The notes below the pieces were generated by a model. That model did not search any database. It was not told the origin of the DNA and worked only from the letters and a program-made list of their open reading frames with translations. This document shows, in pieces, positions 50,073 to 62,241 of a stretch of 64,000 nt of DNA. Every line of letters starts with the position of its first letter. Position 1 is the stretch's first letter. Source of the DNA: Squalus acanthias (Eukaryota); the NCBI GenBank assembly GCA_030390025.1, contig CM059431.1:127350001-127414000 (forward strand). The letters run 5' to 3'. The position numbers and the translations under genes are program-made.

Positions 50073-51702
50073 GGCCGCAAATTTAATGGAGGAGGTGGGA
50101 TGGTGGCGGGAGAGCTGGTTTCCGGATTCTGGTCCCGCTCCCAGCTGCAGCCGCTCTGTAAACGTGATTTGCCCTTGATTGGGCTTGTTAAGCCCGCCCT
50201 GCAGGCTTCCCAGCCAATTAACAGGAAGCGGGTTTGATGACGTCATTTGATGACGTATCATCAGCTGATTTCCTTAAAGGGACCGTGTCCACATGGAGTT
50301 TGACAGTTGTTCTATCAGTGTTTGACAGCATTGAGGTGAACACTTGCATCCAGGCTCTCCAATGACTCCCTCCATATGCTTATGTTGTCAGCGGTCCCTG
50401 GCTGCAGTGGCGCCAACCTTTCAATGATCTCATTGGATCACAAAATGTTACTGCAAAGCCACACTCAAACTCACCCTGCTGTACCACTCAACACATCCCG
50501 ATCACTCTGCCTTCCATACCCTTCTCCTGCACATCCTTACTCACACCAACTTATTTTGCAACTCCACCCAACCCTCTCTATCTACTTTATCACTTCCCCA
50601 TTTCACTAGCCACCCCTCACACTCACCCTCATCCTACTACAAGCATACCAACTAACAACACACAAGGATAGGCACTTAAGAGGTTTAGCCAATGACCATG
50701 TGAAGTTTCTGGTAATGTGTTGTCATACAGTGAAATCTATTTTTCCAACACTGCCCCTTATTGGACAGATTTGTGCGCACCTTGAGAAGTGTCTTACTGA
50801 GTTCCAGTGAAGGTTGAGATGTAACACCCCCCCCTCCCCCCCGCTATAGTGATGATTGTGCATGGAATGGCTTGGACAGTTAAGGGATGCCTTACGGTGC
50901 TGGTGTGTGATGGTGTCAACCTGGTGCATCATGTGGCAGCCAGGATTTACAACGTCAAGTGAAGAAAATCTGGCCATGGTGATGCCATCGCTCGCCTCCC
51001 GGGCAGCAATGTTGCCAGGGGATGATGCCCTGTGCCCAGTGCAGCATCAGGTGATGGCGGAGAAGGTTGGTGATGTTGTTGGTGATGTTGGTGTTGGGGC
51101 TGATCATGGAATGATTTGGAGGACCAAGGTCTGATTTTTTCAAGGGCAGCGATGTTGCTGCAATAGATGGCAGCTGCAGGTGCGATGACAGAAGCGATCT
51201 GACAATGGTGAAAGAGGTTGTTCCAATGAGGTGGCACTGGACATACAGTTGGATCTAAAACTTGCAACCTAAAGAAATCTCTATATGTATAAAAAATGCA
51301 GTAACCAACATTTGCTGTGCTCTGAAACTCACTATCTACAGCATGGCATCCTTTGCACCACTTCTGCAGCTGTCAGCTTATCAGAAACATCAGAGCAGAC
51401 TCAAAACATGCCAGGTTGAGTTGGCGTGTTCCCCAAACAGCGGGTAACCCGTGGGGGAGAATGTAAAATTTGAAGGAAGCCTCAAAATAGTCTTAAATTG
51501 GCTCTTAACAAGCCATTTAACAAGCTGAATTGTATCCCCCGCCGCTTGGTGTCGGGTCAGTTCTCCGCTGACAGACCCGACACCTGGAAGACTCGCATGG
51601 AGGCGGGTTGACAGCGAGTTTCCTACCTGCTGTCAATCTTTGCTATTTCGACAGCGGACCCACCTCTAAATCCATCCCCTGAGCGCTATTAAATTCGTGG
51701 CC
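50073..51702. mobile_element. Complete non-autonomous PIF/Harbinger deletion derivative
   Basis: TIR GGCCGCAAATTTAAT / ATTAAATTCGTGGCC (13/15). Canonical TAA TSD at 50070-50072 and 51703-51705. Remnants of Myb exon 1 (about 50350-50445) and the transposase end (about 50955-51020). Confidence 0.92.
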
Positions 51703-51889
51703 TAACATTCCATTAGCCATTTTGATTTTTTTTTTACCTGACTGCTACATTTTAGTGATCTGTGTAATGGACCCCTAAATCTCTTTGCACCGGCACTGTT
51801 CCTATCTTTTCATCATTTAAAAAATCCACGGATCTATCCTTTTTTGTTCTAAAATGGATGACAAGCCTGTCTGGAAGCCTTCCTTCTTG

Positions 51890-53036
51890 TATTTTTATAT
51901 TTTTCCTGGGGATGTGGGTGACACTGCCAAAGCCATATTTATTGCCCATCCTTAGTTACACTGATAGGTGGTGTTGGGCCTAGTCTTTGAACTGCTGCAG
52001 TCCCAGTGGTGATGGTACTCTCACAATGTTGTTAGGTAGGAAATTCCAGGATTTTGACATGAGATGAAAGAACAGCAATATATGTTCAAGTCAGAATAGT
52101 GTGTGACTTGGAAGGGAGCCTGCGGGTGATGGTGTTCCCATATTGAGAAGCATCCGGCAAGGCGCCGAACACCTCGAGTCTCTTCGCTGGGAGCAAGCGG
52201 AAGCCAAGCGCAAACAGTGGAAGGAGCACACGTCAACCCAAGCACCCCACCCACCCGCCCCTTCAACCACCATCTGCCCCACCTGTGACAGAGACTGTAG
52301 GTCCCGCATTGGACTCATCAATCACTTGAGAACTCATTTTTAATGTGGAAGCAAGTCATCCTCGGTTCCGAGGGACTGCCTAAGAAGAAGAAGAAGATAT
52401 TACTGCTGTTCTTCTTCTCGGCGGTAGAGGTTGTGGAGCTGGGAGGTGATGTTGAAGTAAGCTTTGTTTCTGCAGTACATCCTGTTCATACTGCAGCTGT
52501 GTGCCGTTGCTGGAAGGGGATGGATATTTGATTCAATGGCAGAAGTGCCAATCAAGTAGACTGCTTTATCTTTAATGATGTCAAGCTTCTTGACAGTAGT
52601 TGGGTCTTCACCTATCCAGGCAAATATGATTATCCCATCACACTCTGATGTGGGCCTATTATATGGTGGAGAGGTATTGAGCACTCAAGAGGTGAGCCAA
52701 GTTGCAGAGTACCCAGCCTATACCCTGCTCTTGTAGTGATAGTTTGGATATGAGGTCTCAGTAATGGTCGTGCCATTGGAGGCCGGGGGAGTTGGTTGGG
52801 CCTCTTCTTGGAAATGCTCATTACCTCACAATTGTGTTATATGAATATTACCTGCCACTTATCAGCCCAAGCCTCAGTGTTGTCCAGATCCTGCTGTAGG
52901 CTGGTATTAGTGCTTAATTATTGGAGGAATTGTGAATGGAACTGGACACTGTATAATCATCAATGAACAGTCCCACTCCTGACCTTATGACAAAAGGAAG
53001 TTCATTGATGAATCAGCTGAAGATGTTTGGGACAAG
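51890..53036 (-). mobile_element. Older diverged LINE family T copy, split by an RTE fragment
   Basis: Tail GGATGTGGGTGACACTGCCAAAGCCATATTTATTGCCCATCC on +. KKLDIIKDKAVYLIG motif. Confidence 0.8.
52145..52396 (+). mobile_element. RTE-clade LINE 3' end
   Basis: C-terminal zinc finger CPTCDRDCRSRIGLINHLRTH, short UTR and (AAG)n tail. ATATT duplicated at 52140 and 52397. Confidence 0.8.
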
Positions 53037-53293
53037 GAAAGTGGCCGGGGCTATGATGATTGGCTACTGACAAACCTGCCCACACATCCTTGGCAGCAAC
53101 AGTTGGGAAAGAAGCTGCATCAGCTGGATTACGTAAGTATCCTGTTGTCATGTTACACTGCTCATGGGCTTTTATGCCTATTTTGAGCTGTGTCGGCTGC
53201 TGTACCTGACTAGAAAAATTGTGGAAAGTTATTTTTTTGCAGTTGCAAGATAATCTCTGCCCAGCAGCTTGTGCACAGATATTCTCTGGGAAC

Positions 53294-54343
53294 ATGGGTG
53301 TGCTGCTCGGTCTGCCAATGGGATTGGAGGGTGAGAAGGAGGAAGAGCAGTCAGTAAGAGTGCACAGACTAACAGCTGCTGAGAGAAGCGGGTGAAGGAG
53401 GGGCAAGTGCAGGAGGCCATGTGAATGTACAGGAACAGAACATTTTACCTCCAGTTAACTAAGGAGCAGTGTGCCTGGTGGGCTCTGCTTCACCAGAGAG
53501 GCTGTGACAGAGCTATGCCACCTGTTTCAGCTGAATTTCCATGCTTCAGGGTCATTCTAGAGTGCAACGGATGACATTAGCAACATCAGTCAGTTTGCAG
53601 TGCATTCCAGCATCAAGTAGGTTATGGATGTGCTCTTTGCCAAGGCTTACGAATTCATTACCTTCCATATAAAGGTAGCAAAGCAGGAAGACAGATCTCT
53701 GGGCTCCTCCAGGATCGCAGGGTTCACCCAGGTGCAGGACATCATTGGCTACACCCACATAGGCTTGTGTGCTCCACTAAGACCCTGGAATATATTTAAA
53801 CAGGAAGGGCTTTCACTTACTGAACGTGCAGCTGATGTGCGATGGCAGGAATTACATTGTGCAGGTCCGTGCCCAGTTTCTTGGCAATTGTCATGATCCC
53901 TTCATCCTGCAACAGTTCTAAATCCCTCCCCTATTTCACGCAGACCATTGGGTGTCAGGCTGACTGCCTGGGGACATTGGGTATGCCCCGAACACGTAGC
54001 TCATGACAGCTGTCAGAAACCGGAGGAGTGCTACAAACAGGACCATGCCTCTACCAGAGATCTGATTGAGCAATCCATTGGCATTCTAAAACAAAGGTTC
54101 CACTGTTTGGATTGGTCAGGAGGCGCCCTGCAGGAAAGCCCCGAAAGAGTCTCCGGATTAGCTTTAGTTTGCTGCATGCTCCACAACTTGGCTCTGCAAA
54201 GGGGGCAGCCCATAAAGCCATGTGGAGAGAAAGGAGTAGAGAAGCAGGAAGAGCATCAGGATGCCGAGGAAGTGCAAGGGCCACCAGTTCTGCCAGCTGC
54301 CAGAGCTGTGCACCAGCAGATCATCGAGGAACACTTTGGTTGA
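53294..54343 (+). pseudogene. Decayed Harbinger transposase
   Basis: RIAGFTQVQDIIGYTH, STRDLIEQSIGILKQRFHCLDWSGGALQ and CCMLHNLA motifs. Confidence 0.85.
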
Positions 54344-54760
54344 ATCAATCTCCTCTCTCCTGCAACAACATTCCCTCAACAGACCTACCACCCTCCACTT
54401 CAATACCTCAACTTTAAAACCAGCATGGGTATTTTTATCACATCATTCATTATAACTAAACAAACAAACTATTTATCAGAAACTCTGCAGGAAACTGGTT
54501 TGAAATTTTCCAATTGGAAACAAGCTAATTTAAAAATGAAAGGTCACCCTACTGTAAATGCCTAGTGCCTGCCTTCATTGTTCTTTTCTGATTTGATGCC
54601 CCTACAAGGTGCTACCCCAGGAGCTCAGACATCGGAGGTGGAATGTTGCTGATCATCCACTTGAGATGGCTGTCGTGGTCAACCTCGAGCTTCGACCTTT
54701 AGGGGCCCGGCTACAGAATGTAGGGGCTCGGCAGCAGCCAGGGCAGTCTAGCCTAGCTAG

Positions 54761-55115
54761 CTGGAAAAACTCAGCAGGCTAGGCAGCATCCGTGGAGAGA
54801 GACACAGAGTTAACGTTTCAGGTTGAAGACCTTTTGTCAGAACTGGAAAGAGCAGGAAATGAAATAGATTTAAAGCAAGGATAAAGCTGGGAAAAGGGGG
54901 GAGGGGATGAAAGAACAAAAGGAGAGATTGAGAGACATTAAGAGCAAGAAGAGGTGTTAATGTGACAGGTTGAGGCTAAAAGAAGTGTGAAATGCACTGG
55001 CAGAATGAAGGACAGCTGCCAGCTTCTAGGAGGAAAAAAAGCTGCCTAGCCTGCTGAGTTGTTCCAGCGTTTTCTGTTGTTATTTCAGATTTCCAGCATC
55101 CGCAGTATTTTGCTA
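54761..55115. mobile_element. Penelope-type short element with inverted pseudo-LTR ends
   Basis: 28-bp inverted repeat at 54760-54787 / 55041-55068 (27/28) with an asymmetric extension to 55115. 15-bp direct repeat TAGCCTAGCTAGCTG at 54749 and 55116. Confidence 0.75.
54805..54846 (-). ncRNA. Degenerate minimal hammerhead ribozyme core
   Basis: Minus strand reads CTGACAA A AGGT-CTTCA-ACCT GAAACGTTAAC: CUGAnGA with one mismatch, a 4-bp stem II, GAAA and palindromic AACGTT. Confidence 0.55.
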
Positions 55116-56794
55116 TAGCCTAGCTAGCTGTCTGGTACAAACACTGGTAGAGGCACTGGTTGAGGGGCTGACGGGGGAGTAGTGTGCTGTCATCCTGAGA
55201 GAGGACAGTATGTGTCTCTTCCATGGGGCCATTGCCACCCCCCTGTAGCTGCAGCTCCGCACTCCCACTGCTGTGTGTGAGAACAGACAGCTGGAGTGAT
55301 GTGACAGTTTGAAAGACCCTATCCATGCTCTCCTTCATGCTTAGCCAGCTGGAGGAGACGTCAGCGCTGACATCAAGGGCTCCATAACTGAGTGATGCTA
55401 CAGCAGTGTGCATAGAGGTAACCACATGCTCCATGGTTTGGTTGCCAAGCATGATGACCCCACACAAGTTGGAGCTGAACTCTTCCATGCCGTACAACAT
55501 TGTGCGCATCTCGCTGGCAGGCAGTCCAATGCATCGAGCAATTGTTGGTCCACAAGCATCAACCTTCTTCTATAGACTGGGCCCTAAAAATCAATATCTG
55601 TGCTTTCTGTGGAAGGATGCATGCTTGCTATTCTGGCTAGCTCGTTCCTGTGTGATCCTATGTCTCTGCCCTTGCTCTTGCACACTTGCGCTCAGGTGAA
55701 TCTCCTTGTGCAGACCACTATAACTGACCTTCTAAGCTATGCAGCTTGCCAATTTCTGAGCTGGTGCCTGCAAGGGTAAGGTCAAGTGACAATGTATCTT
55801 CAGGAGGACTGTCCTTCTCTTCAACTATTGCAGTTGGACTTGTTACTTGTAATAGACCTGGAAAGAGAGACAAATGACAATGGTTAGCAGTTAGCGGTAA
55901 GGGGTAGCAGATGAGTAGCAGCTCAAAGCTGCACCACTTTGTCAAACAGAGTGTGAGAGAGACAGAATTCAGTGAGAATAGAAAAGGAGGGTAAGATGGC
56001 CACACAGTCTGCAGAGCATATCCTCCGATCTCACCAGTTGCGATGTTTCGGACTTTCTCTCTGCTTACTTCTTCAATTGCGGCCTCTTCCTTTGGGGACA
56101 ACACTTGTAGGGTTGGTGGCCTCCCTCCTGTCTGATCCTCTTATTGTGTGCCAGTTTGTCCTGCAAAAAGAAGGGGAGCGAGATAGCATGTGGCCTGCTG
56201 AAGAGCTGTGAAGATGTGCATGTCAGGGTAGAAAAGTGTGGATGTGTGTGAAAGATGTCAGGTGTGAGGAGGTGAGGGGAGTAATTGTGAGGACGGGAGG
56301 AGATGCAGAGTGTGCAAGTCGCAGCAGAACGTGGTACAGTGAAATGTGCTGCTGTGATTGGAGGAGAGTGATGAGAAGCGGGGGAGGGATGTACTGTCTA
56401 GATAACATCTTATAGTTCTGAAGTCATCTCACACTCCTTAGGCTAAAAATTCATTATAGACAAGAAATGGGCAGTGTTTAGACTAAAAAAGGTTAAGCTG
56501 TGCCAGCTGAAAATCGTCTAGGATGCACGCAAAATACGTGCTCACTCCTCATTAAAATGATTGCAGTCATGCTTCTAGTCTAAAAACTCAAGCTCATTGG
56601 TGTTACACTGAAAAGCTGGACCAATATCGAGGGCAGACTAATTGCAAGTAATGATTGCCACGGGTTCTTTTCACTAATTAAAGTGGAGGTTAATTGATGC
56701 TGCAGCACCTCATTGTCAGGATTGTTGGGTGTGCAGCTGCCCCAACAACCATAAGAAGAAGGTCGAGGAGAAGGAAGAGTTCTTTACAAATCTG

Positions 56795-59700
56795 ATGGCA
56801 GATCATTGCTCCAGGGAGAGAGCCCGAAGGTTTTCCGATGAAGCTTTGGAGGTATTGGTTTTCGCACTGGAGAGAAGGCGGGCTGTCGTGTACCCACCAA
56901 CTGGCAGGAGGCCCTCGTCACAAGTGTGCCACACTATGTGGAGGGAGGTAGCACACCATGTCACGGGCAGCACTGTGGTCCCCAGGACCCACACCCAGTG
57001 CAGGAAGAGGTTTAACGACCTCACACGGGTGGTCAAGGTGAGTGAAAGCTTCAACAAATGCTACATACCACCATCTCAACCACAGCGGAATGGTAGCATA
57101 GTGGTTATGTTACTGGACTAGTAATCCAGAGGCCCCGTGGAGACGAAGATCCGTCTTCACACTGAGGACACCCTCCATCATGTTATGTGGCACTACCACC
57201 ATGCTAAATGGGATAGATTCAGAACAGATCTAGCAGCTCAAAACTGGGCATCCATGAGTCGCTGTGGGCCATCAGCAGCAGCAGAATTGTATTCCACCAC
57301 AATCTGTAACCTCATGGCCCGGCATATCCCTCACTCTACCATTAACATCAAGCCAGGGGACCAACCCTGGTTCAATAAGGAGTATGGAAGAACATGCCAG
57401 GAGCAACACCAGGCGTACCTAAAAATGCATTTCCAACCTTTGGAGGCTGCAACACAGGACTACATGCAAGCTAAAAAATGGAAGCAGCATGTTCTAGACA
57501 GAGCTAAGCGATCCCACAATCAACAGATCAGATCAAAGCTCTGCCGTCATGCCACATCCAGTCGTGAATGATGGTGGACCATTAAACAACTAACTGGAGC
57601 AGAGGCTCCATGAATATCCCCATCTTCAATGATGGTGGAGCCCAGCACATGAGTGCAAAAGACAAAGCTGAAGTATTTGCAACCATCTTCAGCAGAAGTG
57701 CTGAGCGATGATCCATATTGGCCTCCTCCTGAGGTCCCCACCACCACAGAAGCCAGTCTTCAGCCAATTTGATTCACTCCACGTGATATCAAGAAATGGC
57801 TGAGCGCACTGGATACAGCCCTGACAACCTCCCCGCTGTTCTGCTGAAGACTTGTGCTCCAGAACTAGCCGCACCTCTAGCCAAGCTGTTCCAGTACAGC
57901 TACAATACTGGTATCTATCCGACAATGTGGAAAACTGCCCAGGTATGTCTGTCCACAGAAAGCAAGACAAATCCAATCCGGTGAATTACCGCCCCATCAG
58001 TCTACTGTCAATCATCAGCAAAGTGATGGAAGGTGTCGTCGACAGTGCTATCAAGCGGCACTTACTCACCAATAACCTGCTCACTGATGCCCAGTTTGGA
58101 TTCTGCCAGGACCACTCAGCTCCAGACCTCATTACAGCCTTGGTCCGAACATGGACAAAAGAGCTGAATTCCAGAGGTGAGGTGAGAGTGACTGCCTTTG
58201 ACATCAAGGCAGCATTTGACTGAGTGTGGCATCAAGGAGCCCCAGTAAAACTGAAGTCAATGGGAATCGGGGGAAAACTCTCCACTGGCTGGAGTCATAC
58301 CTAACACAAAGGCAGATGGTTGTGGTGGTTGGTGGACAATCATCACAGCTCCAGGACATCACTGCAGGAGTTCCTCAGGGCAGTGTCCTAGGCCCAACCA
58401 TCTTCAGCTGCTTTATCAATGACCTTCCATCCATCATAAGGTCAGAAGTGGGGATGTTCGCTGATGATTGCATAGTGTTCAGTGCCATTCGCAACTCCTC
58501 AGATAATTAAGCAATCCATGCCCGCATGCAGCAAGACCTGGATGACATTCAGGCTTGGGCTGATAAGTGGCAGGTAACATTCGCGACACACAAGTGCCAG
58601 GCAATGACTATCTCCAACAAGCGAGTATCTAACCACTGCCCCTTGACATTCAATGGCATTACCATCGCCGAATACCCCACCATCAATATCCTGGGGGTCA
58701 CCATTGACCAGAAACTTAACTGGACCAGCCACATAAATACTGTGGCAACAAGAGCACGTCACAGGGTGGATATTCTGCGGCTAGTGTCTCACCTCCTGAC
58801 TCCCCAAAGCCTTTCCACCATCTACAAGGCACAAGTCAGGAGTGCGATGAAATACTCTCCACTTGCCTGGATGAGTGCAGCTCCAACAACACTCAAGAAG
58901 CTCAACACCATCGAAGACAAAGCAGCCCGCTTGATTGGCAACCAACCACCAGCTTAAGCATTCACTCTCTCCATCACCAGCGTACCGTGGCTGCAGTGTG
59001 TACCATCTACAAGATGCACTGCAGCAACTCGCCAAGGCTTCTTCGGCAGCACCTCCCAAACCCGCGACCTCTACCACCTAGAAGGACAACGGCAGCAGGC
59101 ACATGGGAACACCATCACCTCCAAGTTTCCCTCCAAGTCACACACCATCCTGACTTTAAAGTGTATCACCATTCCTTCATCATCGCTGGGTTAAAATCCT
59201 GGAAGTCCCTCCCTAACAGCACTGTGGGAGTACCTTCACCACACGGACTGCAGTAGTTCAAGAAGGCGGCTCACCACTACCTTCTCGAGGGCAACTAGGG
59301 ATGGGCAATAAATGCTGGCCTTGCCAGTGACGCTCACATCCCATGAACAAACAGAAAAAAGTCTTCACACACTGCTTAATGCATCACACCCTCAGCACTC
59401 ACCCACCAACAATCTCTACCTATCAACACTCACACCCACATCTCACACCTTGCACACAATGACAGCTATTCAACTTTGGAAGGCACATCACCCAAACAGA
59501 TTGCACCACACTCACACACACACTTTCCTTTTTCTTGCAGGCCAAGGTGGCGCATAATCACCAGGAGCAGGAGCAGACAGGCGATTATGGGGGTGAAGCC
59601 CAGATTGAAGAGCTGTGCCAGCTGGAGACGAGCGTGCTGGAGATCATTGATCGCCAGGTCGACAGTACTGTTACCACCGGCGACATTGACCCCATTGGGG

Positions 59701-60905
59701 ACAACAACGCTATGTTCATTCCTAATCCTTCTTCTCACATCCCACATCCCCCTCAGGCCACAATCTTTTCTCACACTCAAGCTACTTATGCTGTAAGCAT
59801 TTCTGTCTTCCTGCCCCCTTCCCCTCACCATAACCCGACTCTTGTGCCTTTCTCTTTCAGATAACCAGCATGAGAGCGAGGGGGGAGAAGAGGAGGAAGA
59901 AGAAGATGCCGTGCCACTGCATCTCTCACTCACAGACATCAGCTCAGAAACTGGCACTGTTCTTTAGAGACTTCTGGAGTAGCAGGGTCTGCACAGGATG
60001 AGGCACCAGGCACGAGTGGGCTGCAGCAAGGCCGGGGGAAAGGGCAGCTCGGGGGCCAGCTCCCCGGATAGCGGTTTGGGGGCGTGCGAGTTCTGCTGCA
60101 CAGGACTCAGATGAGGACCTCGATGGGGAGGCCTTCAGAAGAAGGGTGATGGGCATGCACACAGAAATGATAGGTGCAATGGCAAGGCTGCTAGAGAGCC
60201 TCTCCGCAATAGCAAGCTGCATGGCGGAGTCTGCCTCCAACATTGCACGGGGCTCTGCTCAGAGCTTGGAGCCCAGGATTTCCAGTCTGGAAATGATGGT
60301 ACACCCCCAGAGAGACCGTGGTGACTCAGACGTGATGGCTCGCATGATGAGCGATGTCCCAGCTTCCATTGCAGCACAAGCGGAAGCGACCCAACGTCTT
60401 CGTGCTGAAGCGGAAGCTCAGGCTGCTCTCATGCAGTCTCAGCGTGATGCCACCCAAGTTCAGACTGCTGCCATCCTGGCTGGGTTTACCTCTATCGACA
60501 AGGGCTTTCACGGTGTCGCAGCAGCCCAGCAATCTGTGCTCCAACAGATTGCTAGGAATGCTGAGGCGCCGCCCTGGAGGAGTGGCATTGTGTCGGTTGA
60601 GCAGGAAGGATGACAGCATTCCTACTTCCACCACTGCCACTCCGCCATTGCCCTTGCAGCTGCCTGTCAGCCAGCCAGCCCAGACTGCTGCCGCACATGC
60701 CGAGGTGATGCAGTCTACAGCCAGGCCTTCTCGGTCCACAGCTGGTCGAGGTCATCCTGCAAGGCTATCTGAAGTCTCCCGCATGGAAACTCAGCAGCCT
60801 TTCACCAGCCATGCTGCAGCTGCTGCAGGAGTACTGTGTAGGAGCACTAGAGTAGGAAAAGACATACGAACGACAGGCACTAAGGAATTGCACAAGGGTG
60901 ATTAG
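56795..60905 (+). pseudogene. Harbinger Myb/SANT-like DNA-binding gene, three exons
   Basis: Exon 1 56795-57037 (RERARRFSDEALEVLV...WREVA...QCRKRFNDLTRVVK, GTGAGT donor). Exon 2 59541 to about 59709 (donor mutated). Exon 3 from 59861 has an acidic tract and an Ala/Gln coiled coil. Confidence 0.85.
57086..59360 (+). mobile_element. LINE family T with tRNA-like head, inserted in Myb intron 1
   Basis: Head at 57086-57134 (A-box TAGCATAGTGG 57094-57104) is joined to the EN C-terminus, RT (GMFADDC) and the shared tail. The flanks rejoin to match the intron at 21380-21460. Confidence 0.92.
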
Positions 60906-61077
60906 TTAATTGTATTCATGTAAGTTGTGTGATATGTTTATAGATAAATTTATTAATTGGGTTTGGAATCTTTTGCGGTGTCTCTCATTTCAGCTTTGTG
61001 CCCAGGAGGACGCTGTGATACACCATGAGACAGGGATTGTATGATGGGGATGTGGTGAGCTATGGGGATCTGGGGTT

Positions 61078-62241
61078 TCATTCATGTGATCGGAGTCTGA
61101 TGAGCCGGTCACGGACAGCTCGTCCGGAAAGCCAATTGTCTCGCTGCTTCCGCCCTCCTGTTCCTCGTCCTCCTCCTCCTCATCCTCCTCTCCCTCTTTC
61201 TCCTCCGGAGGTGGACCTGCAATCCCTGCTGGCAAGGGCTGCGCCCTCATGATGGCCAAGTTGTGGAGCATGCTGTAGACCACCATGAAATGGGACACCC
61301 GCTCAGCCGATTACTGGAGGGCTCCTCCCGAGAGGTCAAGGCAGCAGAACCGTTGCCTCAGTAGGCCAATGGTCTGTTCGATGATGTTCCTGGTGGCAGC
61401 ATGGCTCTCATTATATGAGTGCTGGGCAGGAGTGTTGGGGTTGTGGAGGGGACTCAGGAGCCAAGTGGAGAGCGGAAAGCCCTTGTCTTGAGCAGCCACC
61501 CTCAAGCTTGACATGGTGGCTGGGAGAGTGCTAGCACACCAGTTTGGCACAGGATGAAGGCATCGTGGCTGCTGCCAGGATAGCGGGCATTGACAATGAG
61601 GATTCGCTATGTGTGGTCGCACAGCAACCGCACATTAGGTGAGTGGTAGCGTTTGTGGTTGTGGAAGATCTCAGGATTGTTATGCGGTGCCTGCAAATCC
61701 ACCTGGCTGCAGTCGATGGTGCCCTGCACCAAATGAAAGCCCGCTATCCTGGCAAAGCCACATGCACGCTCATCCTGCTTCTCTCTGGTGATCGGGAAGC
61801 CAATGTAATCCCTTCTCCTGGTGTAGAGAGCCTCCGGGACCTCCCGGATGCAGTGATGGATGGCGAACTGCGAGATGATACCTATGTCTCCTGTTGCAGA
61901 CTGGAAGGATCCGCTGGTGAAGAAATTGAGGGCGACAGTTACCTTGATTGCCACTGAGAGAGCCGTGGTCGCCCTGATCTGAGGCTTGAGCACTAGGTGT
62001 AGGAGTTGGCAGAGTTCTGTAACCACCTCCTTGGTGAAGCAAAGCCTCTTAATCCACTGCTCATCGCTTAATTGAAGGTAGGAGAACTGATGTTGGAAGA
62101 ACCTAGGAGGTTAAGGTCTCCTGTTGAGAGCCCTGATGGCTCTCCTCCTCCCTCTGCGCATATGTTCCTTTCTTTCTCGCTGCCTCCGCTCCCTCCACCG
62201 TTGATGCTGGAGGCGAGTTCAACTGCCAGTACAGCCCCCAT
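61078..62241 (-). pseudogene. Harbinger transposase, frameshifted
   Basis: ALSVAIKVTVALNFFTSGSFQ, VQGTIDCSQV, QDKGFPL, TRNIIEQTIGLLRQRF, MLHNLAI and an acidic C-terminus. Confidence 0.9.

Larger units (their letters stand above)
46795..51865 (-). mobile_element. Old CR1 3' portion split by a young CR1 and a Harbinger derivative
   Basis: Pieces at 46795-47217, 49867-50072 and 51703-51865 join into a colinear CR1 ORF2 C-terminus. Confidence 0.85.
54560..56400 (-). pseudogene. Decayed Harbinger Myb-partner gene (exons 2-3), convergent with 53294-54343
   Basis: LSPKEEAAIE (exon 2-like), EDTLSLDLTLAGTSSEIG and MEEFSSNL (exon 3-like). Exon 1 not found. Confidence 0.65.

Noticed and set aside
61078..62241. 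Domesticated host HARBI1 gene (or NAIF1/MSANTD for the Myb ORFs)
   Set aside because: There are many diverged copies with stops and frameshifts, bounded by TIRs and TSDs. These are transposon relics.
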